A stretch of 64,000 nt of DNA from Mobula hypostoma (lineage: Eukaryota): contig NC_086104.1 in the NCBI RefSeq assembly GCF_963921235.1, positions 149,420,001-149,484,000 of the forward strand, given 5' to 3'. The first letter of the stretch is position 1; each line of letters opens with the position of its first letter. Below, one piece after another: positions 1-11,349 of this stretch. The position numbers were made by a program, and so were the translations under genes. The notes beneath the pieces were generated by a model. It saw only the letters and a list, made by a program, of their open reading frames with translations. It was not told the origin of the DNA and ran no database searches.

Positions 1-931
1 TCAACGGTAGCAACGAGAAGGCGGCATGTCCTCGGCGGTGGGGAACCTTAATGATGAATGCCGCCTTAGTCTTGGGTACTACGGAGGCTAGTAGCCATGA
101 TGGGCCATCATTCCCCTCTCCCTGCCCACCTCCCACTCTCAGTGTATCATCGAGACCCGTATCAGAATCAGGTTCATCATCACTCACATATGTCATGAAA
201 TTTGTTTTGTGGCAGCAGTACAGTGCAATACATAAAATTACAACAGTACTGTGCAAAAGTCTTAGCACCTGATGTGCCTAAGACTTTTGTACAGTACTCA
301 ATGTCAGTGATAATAAACCTGATTCGGATTCTGAGGTGGGAACAGCAATGGTAACTAAGGATGGAATTATAGCAACACTGAGATGGGATATTGGCTTAGA
401 AAATCAAAATGGAGTACTGGTCTGAGAGGAGTTAAATAGCACCAAAGGATATTGGCACCAGAGCTTTTTGCAGATTTGGGGAACTTCTTCCAGTTCATCC
501 GTGAAACAGTTTAAATCTCCTGTCCTCATGTCTCTTTTTCAAGGTGGCTGGGGACCTGTTGGAGTCCATGATCTATAGCTGTGCTCAAACTCTGTTTTTA
601 ATGGGCAGTGGGGTTCTCGCTCTTTGGAACTCTCCGAGCGGCCTGCTTTTTGGTATCTCCAGGAGCGGCTTGGAAGACGTTTGCCTTCTGGGTGCGGCCC
701 TGTGGATGACACGATTCCTCACCGATGATGCTCAACTGAAGCGCAGCGGGAGATCGAAGCATCAAGACAGCGGTTGGAGGCCTCTGCGCTCGAGCAATCT
801 CTCTCTCTCTCTCGACGATGAGAGAGTGTCTGCTGGTTCTCAAGTTGGGGGAACTCGAATAAGCAACGTGGCAGATTGTAAAATCGAAACGACGAGCTGT
901 TGGCCCTCCGCCTCTTGCTGTGGCAGGGGTG

Positions 932-1076
932 NNNNNNNNNNNNNNNNNNNNNNNNNNNNNNNNNNNNNNNNNNNNNNNNNNNNNNNNNNNNNNNNNNNNN
1001 NNNNNNNNNNNNNNNNNNNNNNNNNNNNNNNNNNNNNNNNNNNNNNNNNNNNNNNNNNNNNNNNNNNNNNNNNNNN
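932..1076. other. Assembly gap (run of N)
   Basis: Contiguous N bases; ORFs 544..1098, 598..1092 and 719..1144 are artefacts of reading through it. Confidence 0.99.
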
Positions 1077-2607
1077 TAGGATAGATAGTCATTTTTGATG
1101 GATTCTAGATCACGGTTTCTTTGGGGATTTCCTATTGCTTGCATGGTAGGTAGAGGGGTGGTGGGGTTGATATTTTTGCTGCTACTTGTATGTGGGAAGG
1201 GGAGGGGGGTTTTGGGGTTCTAGCATTTTTCTGTCATTCATTCTTTGGGCTTTTATTTCTCTCTGTTTCATAGATGTCTGTGAAGAGTAAGAACTTCAGA
1301 TTGTATACTGTAAACATTCTCGGATTTTGAATTGAACCATTGAATTATCAATAAGGTATAGCATAAAACAGGAAATTAGAAATACATTTAACTGCAATAA
1401 CCATGTGTTACTTCATTCTCTATTTAGACTAATCAAACCTAATTAGCATTAATAAGGTAGGGAGTGAATTTTTGGATTGAGCATGAGATTTTTTTCTACC
1501 AGTACATTAAGGAATCAATGCAGGAACAAGCCATTGTAAACTGCATACTGTGCAATAAGGGATAATTTAATAATCTTGTTATGCTAGATGAAGAGCAATT
1601 ATTATCAGATAGAACTCGTCATTAAGATGGGAAGTGAGGTACAGTAAATTCTCATTCATCCAGTATTTATACATCCAGAATCCCCAGTCAACCAGCAAAA
1701 AACATTAAGGATTTTATTTCAAGCATTATGCAAAATAATTCATTTCAGTTCGTTTATGCTTATAGGCTAATTAACAGTGACATCCGTTCTGAAGATTTGG
1801 CACCTCATGTCATGGTGAGTGGTTGCTAATTTATTTTATTTTAATATTGCTTGGCCAAAACACGAAAAAACTGCAGTGTGAAATATTGTTATTTGAAAGG
1901 GTAAGGGGGCAGATGTAGTTCAGCAATTTATTTGAAGATTTATGCACAGAATCCTAGTGTGCGATGTTTTGTTTTGAATAATGCTCATGCAAACTGAACT
2001 CCCCATTCATTATGGATACTGTACTGCAGAGAGCATATTGAAATTCATCCCAAAACCTGGGTCCTACATCTGAACAGAAGAAGCTGTGAAAATATGAGGA
2101 GTATGTTGGCCATGGTGGATTTCACTGAAAGGCATAGCAGCAATAGTGAGTAACACTTGTGGAACAGGGAGTCCACCGGGAAGGTTGAAGCCCGGTGTCT
2201 GCAGGCTCTGAGTCCGTGTCTGCCTTTGGCTGGAGGCCTGCCCTGTGTATGTGCATGGGTAGGAGGAAGGAATGGAGTTCGCTTTGCTCTTGCTTCCGCA
2301 GTCTGTATTCTTCAGACAAGCATTAAGGGCGTACCATATTCGCAATGGAGTGCGTGGCGACACTTGTGGGTTGGCCCCAGCACATCCTTGGCTGTTTTGG
2401 CATGACTCATCTCAACATATGTTTTGATATACACAGCACAAATACACTTGAATTCCGAATCCTGAGAAAATTTGGGAACAACAATATACTCAATCATCGG
2501 GCATGAAAAGGGAATGGGGAGGGGGAGCCTACTTACCATCTACCGAGCAGACCCTCAACTTTCTGTAGGCGCAACTACTTACATCAATATTCTATGAATC
2601 TACATCC

Positions 2608-3060
2608 ATATCTTTCATATGTTGAAACGTTGGAGCGACTGGGCTTGTATACACTGGAATTTAGAAGGATGAGAGGGGATCTGATTGAAACATGTAAGAT
2701 TATTAAGGGATTGGACAGGCTAGGGACAGGAAACATGTTCCTGATGTTGGGGGAGTCCAGAACCAGAGGCCACAGTTTAAGAACAAGGGGTAGACAATTT
2801 AGAACGGAGTTGAGGAAAAACTTTTTCACACAGAGGGTTGTGGTTCTGTGGAATGCTCTGCCTCAGAAGGCAGTGGAGGCCAATTCTCTGGATTCTTTCA
2901 AAAAAGAATTAGATAGAGCTCTTAAAGGTAGCGGAGTGAAGGGATATGGGGAGAAGGCAGCAACAGGGTACTGATTGTGGATGATCAGCCATGATCACAG
3001 TGAATGGTGGTGCTGGCTCGAAGGGCTGAATGGCCTACTCCTGCACCTATTGTCTATTGT
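2608..3060 (+). mobile_element. CR1-clade LINE 3' fragment (HER1-like)
   Basis: ORF2 C-terminus LERLGLYTLEFRRMRGDLIETCKII...TRGHSL...FFTQRVV..WNALP, then 3' UTR and (CTATTGT)n tail; a close sibling lies at 61236-61683. Confidence 0.92.
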
Positions 3061-3439
3061 TCCCATAAGGCTTTAATTCACTCTAAGCCTTAACAAAATA
3101 TACAGGAGTCAATACTAATGCCAGCATGTATCGCTCATCCCTATCTGGCCTTGAGCTTCCATTTAAACAGCAGTTGTTCCGACATGGGAAATGGTCCAGT
3201 AAAATTGTACTTCCTGCCCTTACACCTCCAGGGTGCATTTATTTTTGCCATTTACAACTTACAGTATATTCATGACTCAGACAAAGGATTAGTGTGTAAC
3301 ATAACACCAACACTGCAGTCTGAAAGAGGAGGTCGCACAGAGGGTACAAGTAAATGGAGACTAATTTCTTTGACAGGAAATTATCAGGAGGATTAAACTG
3401 TGGTGAAGATTTTAACTATCTTAACAATCCGAAAGAAAG

Positions 3440-4470
3440 CTTTTGGCACATTGGCCTTCATAACTCAAAGTACTGAGTACAGGAGATGAATGTTATGCTG
3501 AAGTTGTGTAAGACATTGGTGAGGCCTAATTTGGAGTATCGTGTGCAGTTTTGGTCACCTACCTACAGGAAAGATGTAAATAAGTTTGAAAGAGTACAGA
3601 TAACATTTACAAGGATGTCGCCAGTCTGGAGGACCTGAGTTAGAGGAAAGATTGAATAGGTTAGGACTTTATTCCTTAGAATGTAGAAGGTTAAGAGGAG
3701 ATTTTATGGAGGTATACAAAATTATGGAGGGTATAGATAGGGTAAATGCAAGCAGGCTTTTCCACTGAGGTTGGGTGGGACCACAACCAGAGGTCATGGT
3801 TTAAGGATGAAAGGTGAAAAGTTTTAAGGGGAACATGAGGGGAAGCTTCTTCACTCAAAGGGTGGTGAGAGTGTGGAACAAGCTGCTGGCACAAGTGGTG
3901 CATGCAAGTTTGATTTCATAGTCATACTTTATCAATCCCGGGCAAAATTGGTTTTCGTTACAGTTGCTCCAAAAATAATAAATAGTAATAGAACCATAAA
4001 TAGTTAAGTAGTAATATGTAAATTATGCCAGTAAATTATGAAATAAGTCCAGGACCAGCCTATTGGCTCAGGGTGTCTGACCCTCCAAGGGAGGAGTTGT
4101 AAAGTTTGATGGCCACAGGCAGGAATGACTTCCTATGACGCTCTGTGCTGCATCTCAGTGGAAAGAGTCTCTGGCTGAATGAACTCCTGTGCCCACCCAG
4201 TACATTATGTAGTGGATGGGAGACATTGACCAAGATGGCATGCAACTTGGACAAGCATCCTCTTTTCAGACACCACCATGAGAGAGTCCAGTTCCATCCC
4301 CACAACATCACTGGCCTTATGACATTTTCAGTGTCTAAGAGAAGTTTGGATAGGTACATGGATGGTAGGGATCTGAGGGCTGTGGTCCCTGTGCAGGTCA
4401 ATGGGAGTAGGCAAAACTGGTTTGGCATGGACTAGATGGGCTGAAGAGCCTTCTTCTGTGCTGTATTTTT
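3440..4470 (+). mobile_element. Degenerate CR1 LINE 3' part, interrupted by a minus-strand Rex1/Babar 3' end (about 3918-4320)
   Basis: CR1 ORF2 LVRPxLEYxVQFWSP-coding sequence on +; the insert is the reverse complement of 7530-7918 (RHRKSFLPVAIKLYNSS). Confidence 0.85.
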
Positions 4471-4777
4471 CTGTTAATCTATCTAGACACAAGAAATCTC
4501 AGATGCTGCAATCTAGGGCAAAACCCCACTAGAAAAACTCAGCAGGCCGAGCAACATCTTTGGAAGAAAAGGGATGGCCAAGATTTTGTTTACTACATCG
4601 GTTCTGGAATCATGCAGCTCAAATCAGAGCTTTCGGCCCACTATGTCCACACTGTCCATCAGGAGTTCACCTTTATTAACCCTATTCACCAGACTTGGTC
4701 TATAGCCTGCCGGACTTTGGTGATTTAAGTGCTCCACTATATATTTTGTGAATGTTCTGAAAGTCTCCATTGCCCAT

Positions 4778-4885
4778 AGTAGCATTAGTAGTACTAGTAG
4801 AGGTAGCACTAATACTAATAGCAGCAGTACTAATAGTTGTGCTAGTACTAATATTAGTACCAGTAGTGGCAACAGCAGCATTAGA
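4778..4885. repeat. Degenerate trinucleotide microsatellite (TAG/TAC/CAG)n
   Basis: tagtagcattagtagtactagtag...; it produces the poly-Leu/Val and poly-Ser ORFs. Confidence 0.85.
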
Positions 4886-5559
4886 GGCAATCCAAAGGAG
4901 CTTTCTCTGACTAAGTCCTTGGATGACAGAGTTGCCTTATCAAGAGAGGCTAACAGTTTGTAATCTAGGAAAATGAGGGACTACTTTACTGAATGATACC
5001 AGATCTTGAGGAGGTGTGACAGGGTAGATGCTGAGATGGTTAGAGCCGATGGGACATTGTACAGCATAACCAGTGGTCATACGAGGTACACAGAGATCTT
5101 TCTTCGCACTGAAGGCAGCAAACTTTTTGGAATTCTCCACCCCAGATGGTTATGGAATCTAGATCATTGGGGTAGAGATTATTAAAGAGGCAGATACATT
5201 TTTGAAAGGTTTGGAAATTAAGGATTGTGGGGTACCCTCACGATATATGACCTGATAATAAAACCTGATTCGGGAACTCACACAGAAGAAGAGATGAGGC
5301 CTGGAGATAGACAGGCTGGGTAGAATTGAAGGGCCGAGCGGCCTACTCCTGCTCCTATTTTCTCGTCTTCTTGACTGCATAATCTAGCCTGACCCAACCA
5401 ACACAGCTCCCCTCCACATCCTAGGCAAACAAGAGGCTGTTCTAAATAGACAGCGCCAGATAACGGAGGAAACGCTGGAGAACTCAACAGGTCAGGCAAC
5501 ATCCACGGAGAGAAATGAACAACCGGCATTTCGAGGGATTGAGGGTGGGATGGAAGGCG

Positions 5560-6010
5560 GAGACGGGGGTGAAATCCACGGAAGATATATTTCTGCAGAC
5601 CTGGTTCCGGGCCGTGGTCGCAACTCACCTGCTTTGATCTCCATGCTGCCGCTGGACCGGCTGCAGGACAGGCAGCTGTCGGCCCCCCGTACCGTGTACT
5701 CGGTCCGCGACTGGAACAGCTCCATCCGACCCAGCAATGAACCAACCCACCCCCGGCCCCGTTCCCCCTCTGCCGGACCCTCCAGGTCCCCGCGACCGTT
5801 GGAGCCAGTGCCAGTGGCCGAGTTTCCAATGAAAACATGTTCCAGCATCAAGGCGCATTCCACGTTCGGGAACTCGCAGCCCTCCGTTCCCGAACGCTGT
5901 ACCACACACGCACCGCTTTCCCCACAACAAAATCAAAATTTCAGCCTCAATGTCTCATACAGCACAGAAACAGACCCTTCTTCCCAACTCGCCTCCGCCG
6001 GATTCATCTG
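5560..6010 (-). promoter_or_regulatory. CpG-island-like promoter/5' UTR of the INPP5F-like gene
   Basis: Locally high GC and CpG density around the ATG exon in an otherwise CpG-poor background. Confidence 0.6.
5629..5725 (-). CDS. INPP5F: First coding exon of an INPP5F/SAC2-like phosphoinositide phosphatase (divergent, probably a paralog); remaining exons not found in the window
   Basis: ATG at 5725 gives MELFQSRTEYTVRGADSCLSCSRSSGSMEIKA plus 1 nt, followed by a CAG|GTGAGT donor (phase 1), in CpG-rich context. It aligns without gaps to the recalled human INPP5F N-terminus MELFQAKDHYILQQGERALWCSRRDGGLQLRP (11/32 identical). BAG3 then INPP5F is the human gene order. Confidence 0.78.
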
Positions 6011-6179
6011 CTTCCAGTGTCACAAGGCAGAGAAACTGACCCTTCGGCCCAACTCATCCGTGCCAGCCACCTAAGCTGGACCCGTTTGCCTGTGTTCGGC
6101 CATATCTCTCGCAACTTCCCTGTCCACGTCTTCTAATAGTTATACCCTCCACTACCACAACCTCTGGAAACTGTTCATT

Positions 6180-6470
6180 TACTTATTTATAGACATACAG
6201 TGCGGAATTTGCCCTTCCCGCCTTTAGAGCTGCACCGCCCAGCAACCCCCGATTTAACCCCAGCCTAATCACGGGACAATTTACAATGGCCAATTAACTT
6301 GCTGACCGCTGTGTTTTTGGACTGTTGGAGAAAACCAGAGCACCTGGAGAAAACTCACACAGTCATGGGGAGAAGGTCCGTACTCCTTGCAGACAGCGGC
6401 GGGAAACTAACCTGGGCTGCTGGTACCGTAAAGCGTGGTTGTAACCACTACGTCACCGTGCTGCCCCAAA
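6180..6470 (-). mobile_element. tRNA-derived V-SINE-type SINE
   Basis: Reverse complement of the 30138-30397 family (tRNA-like head, 'tttcctcccacagtccaaa' core). Further copies at about 10290-10530, 15575-15822, 18940-19110, 35215-35455, 38440-38720, 40550-40790, 47400-47615 and 51412-51600. Confidence 0.8.
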
Positions 6471-6574
6471 GTTGCCCACAGTTACCACTCTCAAGGTGAA
6501 ATTTCCCCTCGGATCACACAGTTAAATACTTCACCTCTCACCTTATTAACTATGACCCTCAGTCTTGGGCACCC

Positions 6575-7918
6575 CTGAGCGGCCTCAATGACTACAGACT
6601 GATGGCATTGACCTCCCACATCATGAAGACCCTGGAGAGACTTGTTCTGGAGATGCTCCAGCCTATGGTTAGGCCACACTTAGATCCCCTCCAGTTCGCC
6701 TACCAGCCCCAACTAGGAGTTGAGGATGCCATCATCTACCTGCTGAACCATGTCTACGTCCACCTGGACGAGCCAGCGAGCACTGTGAGGGTCATGTTTT
6801 TTGACTTCTCCAGTGCGCTCAACACCATCCGCCCTGCTCTGCTGGGGGAGAAGCTGACAGCGATGCAGGTGGATGCCTTCCTGGTGTCGTGGATTCTTAA
6901 TTACCTGACTGGCAGACCACAGTACGTGTGCTTGCAACACTGTGTGTCCGACAGTGATCAGCAGCACTGGAGCTCCACAGGGGACTGTCTTGTCTCCCTT
7001 TCTCTTCACCATTTACACCTCGGACTTCAACTACTGCACAGAGTCTTGTCATCTTCAGAAGTTTTCTGATGACTCTGCCATAGTTGGATGTATCAGCAAG
7101 GGAGATGAGGCTGAGTACAGGGCTACAGTAAGAAACTTTGTCACATGGTGTGAGCAGAATTATCTGCAGCTTAATGTGAAAAAGACTAAGGAGCTGGTGG
7201 TAGACCTGAGGAGAGCTAAGGCACTGGTGACCCCTGTTTCCATCCAGGGGGTCAATGTGGACATGATGGAGGATTACAAATACCTGAGGATACGAACTGA
7301 CAATAAACTGGACTGGTCAAAGAACACTGAGGCTATCTACAAGAAGGGTCAGAGCCGTCTCTATTTCCTGAGGAGACTGAGGTCCTTTAACATCTGTCGT
7401 TACGATGCTGAGGATGTTCTACGAGTCTGTGGTGGCCAGTGCAATCATGTTTGCTGTTGTGTGCTGGGGCAGCAGGCTGAGGGTAGCAGACACCAACAGA
7501 ATCAACAAACTCATTCGTAAGGCCAGTGATGTTGTGGGGATGGAACTGGACTCTCTGATGGTGGTGTCTGAAAAGAAGATGCTGTCCAAGTTGCTTGCCA
7601 TCTTGGACAATGTCTTCCATCCACTACATAATGGACTGGTTGGGCACAGGAGTACATTCAGCCAGAGACTTATTCCACCGAGATGCAACACTGAGCGTCA
7701 TAGGAAGTCATTCCTGCCTGTGGCCATCAAACTTTACAACTCCTCCCTTGGAGGGTCAGACACCCTGAGCCAATAGGCTGGTCCTGGACTTATTTCCTGG
7801 CATAATTTACATATTACTATTTAATTATTTATGGTTTTATTACTATTTAATTATTTAAGGTGCAACTGTAACGAAAACCAATTTCCCTCGGGATCAATAA
7901 AGTATGACTATGACTATG
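6575..7918 (+). mobile_element. Rex1/Babar-clade LINE, 5'-truncated, frameshifted reverse transcriptase
   Basis: ORFs 6602-7069, 6942-7520 and 7405-7776 together give DPLQFAY, VRVMFFDFSSA, STGAPQGTVLSPFLF and FSDD; AATAAA and (TATGAC)n tail at 7896-7918. Confidence 0.93.
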
Positions 7919-8836
7919 AATGGATTGTTACCATCCTTAATCGATGGGCTGAATGGCCTAATTCTACTCCTATGTCTTATGATCTTATCTATACTACCCT
8001 AATTTAAAACTCCTCAAAAAGGTCACCACTCATTCTCCTACGTTCCAAGAAATAAAACCACATCTTTTGTAAATAACTCGAGTGCCACTAAATGTACTAA
8101 AATGTACTTTAGTACATTTTTCCCACTACTTCTGCTGACACAACATTCTTTCCCCCATTCTGCTGTTTTGCACTGGGCATTGTATTTATTATTTATCGTG
8201 TATACTGTTCACCGTGTGAGCTTCATTGCACCCTGGCGCACATGACAATAAACTCATCTATCCTTCTCTGCTGCTGGCTCTGGGCTAACAGGTCTGCAGT
8301 TCTCTGCTGTTCTCCCCTCATTTCTTCTCTAAACACGCCAAGCAGTGGAGAGCTTAGTGATCACCTCATTAGTTCAATGGTCCCTTGAACCCACACCGCT
8401 CTATTCTTTCATCTCAGAGCTATCGACAAACAATTAGACAGAAACTGCCCATCACAGACATGTGTTCATCAAAGGAGCCTTCATACTGTTCCACATTTAA
8501 TGACATGGTAGATAACTCATTTTTTCATGACCCCAAACCCCCCAGAAAGCCCTTGGTTAATAAAAATATGTCCCCCAGGTTTCATTTCCCTTCCTTTCAC
8601 ACATGATAGAATAATTCAGACATCATGCAAACAGACAGGGAACGGAGGGTTATAGATGACATGCAGGCAGATGTAGTTTAAATTAGCATTATTGTTGGCA
8701 CAGACATTGATCCTAAAGGTCTTGTTACTCTCCTGTATTGTTCGATATTCTGAATACTCAGCAGGGATATTGACTTGTTTATTCACTGTGTCTATATCGT
8801 TCCTATCTATACTAATCTAATATTACTCATACTAAT

Positions 8837-9856
8837 GCAAACACGAGGAAATCTGCAGATGCTGGAATTTCAAGCAACACACATAAAAGTTGCTGGTGAA
8901 CGCAGCAGGCCAGGCAGCATCTCTAGGAAGAGGTGCAGTCGACGTTTCAGGCCGAGACCCTTCATCAGGACTAATTGAAAGAAAAGCTAGTAAGAGATTT
9001 GAAAGTGGGAGGGGGAGGGGGAGATCCAAAATGATGGGAGAAGACAGGAGGGGGAGGGATGGAGCCAAGAGCTGGACAGGAGATTGGCAAAAGGAATATG
9101 AGAGGATCATGGGACAGGAGGCCTAGCGAGAAAGAAAGGGGGAGGGGGAAGCCCAGAGGATGGGCAAGTGGTATTGTGAGAGGGACAGAGGGAGATAAAA
9201 GTGAGAGAGAGAGAAAAAGAATGTGTGTATATAAATAAATAAATAACAGATGGGGTACAAGGGCGAGGTGGGGCATTAGCGGAAGTTTGAGAAGTCAATA
9301 TTCATGCCATCAGGTTGGAGGCTACCCAGATGGAATATAAGATGTTGTTCCTCCAACCTGAGTGTAGCTTCATCTTTACAGTAGAGGAGGCCGTGGATAG
9401 ACATATCAGAATGGGAATGGGATGTGGAATTAAAATGTGTGGCCACTGGGAGATCCTGCTCTTTCTGGCAGACAGAACATAGGTGTTCAGCAAAACGATC
9501 TCCCAGTCTGCGTTGCCTCCAATATATAGAAGGCCGCATCGATTCCGTCTGGGTAGCCTCCAACCTGATGGCATGAACATTGACTTCTCAAACTTCCGCT
9601 AATGCACCACCTCCCCCTCGTACCCCATCCGTTATTTATATACACAAACATTCTTTTTCTCCTTTTCTCCCTCTGTCCCTCTCACTATACCCCTTGCCCA
9701 TCCTCTGGGCTTCCCCCTCCCTCCCTCTCTCCCCCTCCCACTTTCAAATCTCTTACTAGCTCTTCTTTCAAAGGGTCTTGGCCCAAAAGGTCGACTGTAC
9801 CTCTTCCTAGAGATGCTGCCTGGCCCGCTGCATTCACCAGTAACTTTTATGTGTGT
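8837..9856. mobile_element. Penelope-like element fragment, inverted (fold-back) arrangement
   Basis: Minus arm 8837-9540 encodes the GIY-YIG C-terminus (RLGDRFAEHL...LEEQHLIFHLGSLQPDGMNIDF); the plus arm 9543-9856 repeats the 3' end; flanked by a direct repeat TTACTCATACTAAT (8823-8836 and 9856-9869). Confidence 0.9.
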
Positions 9857-9929
9857 TACTCATACTAATACTAATTTTCTAGCTTCTAACTGGCCTCGAG
9901 GGTAGACATTGTTTGTGGATAACATAACC

Positions 9930-11020
9930 TATTCTCAACATGGACAGCGAGGAAGGCTATCAAAGCTGGCAGTGGGCTCTGGACCTGCTGAAAAAAAGAG
10001 CGCTGAAAGTTAATGCAGACAAGTGTGAGGCTGGGAGGACTAATCAGATATGACTTACAAAGTGAGCAGTAGGGCAGTATGGTAGGCCTAAGGTATCTGG
10101 GAATACAGATCTATATTTCCTTGAAAGTGCCGTCACAGGTAGATAGGATCATAAAGAGCTTCTGGCATGTTGGTCTTCATTCATCAAAATATTGACAACT
10201 CAGTATTTGAGACGTTATGTTGAAGTTGGTGAGGCCGTATTTTGAATATTATGTGTGGTTCTGGTCACCTACCCACAGAGAAGGTATTTACGATTTTTTT
10301 TACTGGCATGCAGCACAGAGTAGGCCATTCAAGTCATGCCGTCCAAGAATCCCCCAGTTTAATCCCAGCCTAATCACAGGACAATTTACAATGACCAATT
10401 ACTTACCAACCAGTAAGTCTTTGGAATGTGGGAGGAAACCCACGCAGTCATGGGGAGAACGTACAGACTCTTTCCAGGCAGTGGCGGATAGCCAATACAG
10501 AAAAGTGTTGTGCTAACCACTAAGCTACTATGCTTAGTTTATCAATAAGATTGAAAGAGTACAGAGAAAATTTACAAGGATGTTGCCAAAACCTGAGGAC
10601 CTGAATTACAGGGAAAGGTTGACTGGGTTATGATTTTATTCCCTGAATTGGAAGAGAATAAGGGGAGATTTGATAGAGATATACCAAATTATCAGAGATT
10701 TAGCTAAATAAATGCAAGCAGGCTTCTTCCAGTGAGGTTGGGTGAGGCTGTAACTGGAAACTACAAAGGGTGAAAGGTGAAATATTTAAGGAGACCTTAG
10801 CCCACTCCAGCTCAGAGTGGTTAAAAAGTAGAATGAGCTGCCAGCAGGAGTGGTGAATCCAAGTTTGATTGCAGTATTTAAGGGGTGTTTAGATAAGTAC
10901 ACAGATGGGAGGGATATGGAAGGGTGAAGTCCAGGTGCACATTGATGTAACTAGGCAGAATAACTGTTCAGTAAGGGCTAAATGGGCTGAAGGGCTCATG
11001 TCTGTGCTGTAGTTCTTTGG
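9930..11020 (+). mobile_element. Old CR1 LINE fragment interrupted by a SINE
   Basis: LVRPYFEYYVWFWSP motif and a degraded CR1 3' end; the SINE lies at about 10290-10530. Confidence 0.8.
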
Positions 11021-11349
11021 GACTCAACAGTTTGCAGCAACTTGTATCCTTCTTTACAGCAGGTCCTACAGTTCAAGGATATTTCATTAACTGTGAGGCA
11101 TTTTTTGATATTTTCACTCCTCATACAGTTCCAACCTCATATTCCCCTTCTTGGCTCCAACAAGCATCTATCATTTAGCCCTGTACCATGAAATTCCTCT
11201 CCCCCTCCAGCTCCCTTCAAACATCCCTGACAAATCTTTTGATGCCCTTACCCCCATCATAAATCATCTTCTTTCTGGCTCCAGTGTTAATCGACATTGC
11301 TCTCGCTGCAGATGGCTCTCAGTGAAAAGAAGTGGGCTGACAAAGCAGA

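Noticed and set aside
2536-2562. Minus-strand KVEGLLGR, resembling INPP5F exon 2 (VEGVIGK), next to a GTAAGT
   Set aside because: In-frame stops lie immediately on both sides, and the length and phase do not fit.
4624-4965. Hydrophobic 'membrane protein' ORF, in frame with the INPP5F-like exon through a possible acceptor near 4966
   Set aside because: The Leu/Val run comes from a trinucleotide microsatellite and has no similarity to INPP5F exon 2; probably chance.
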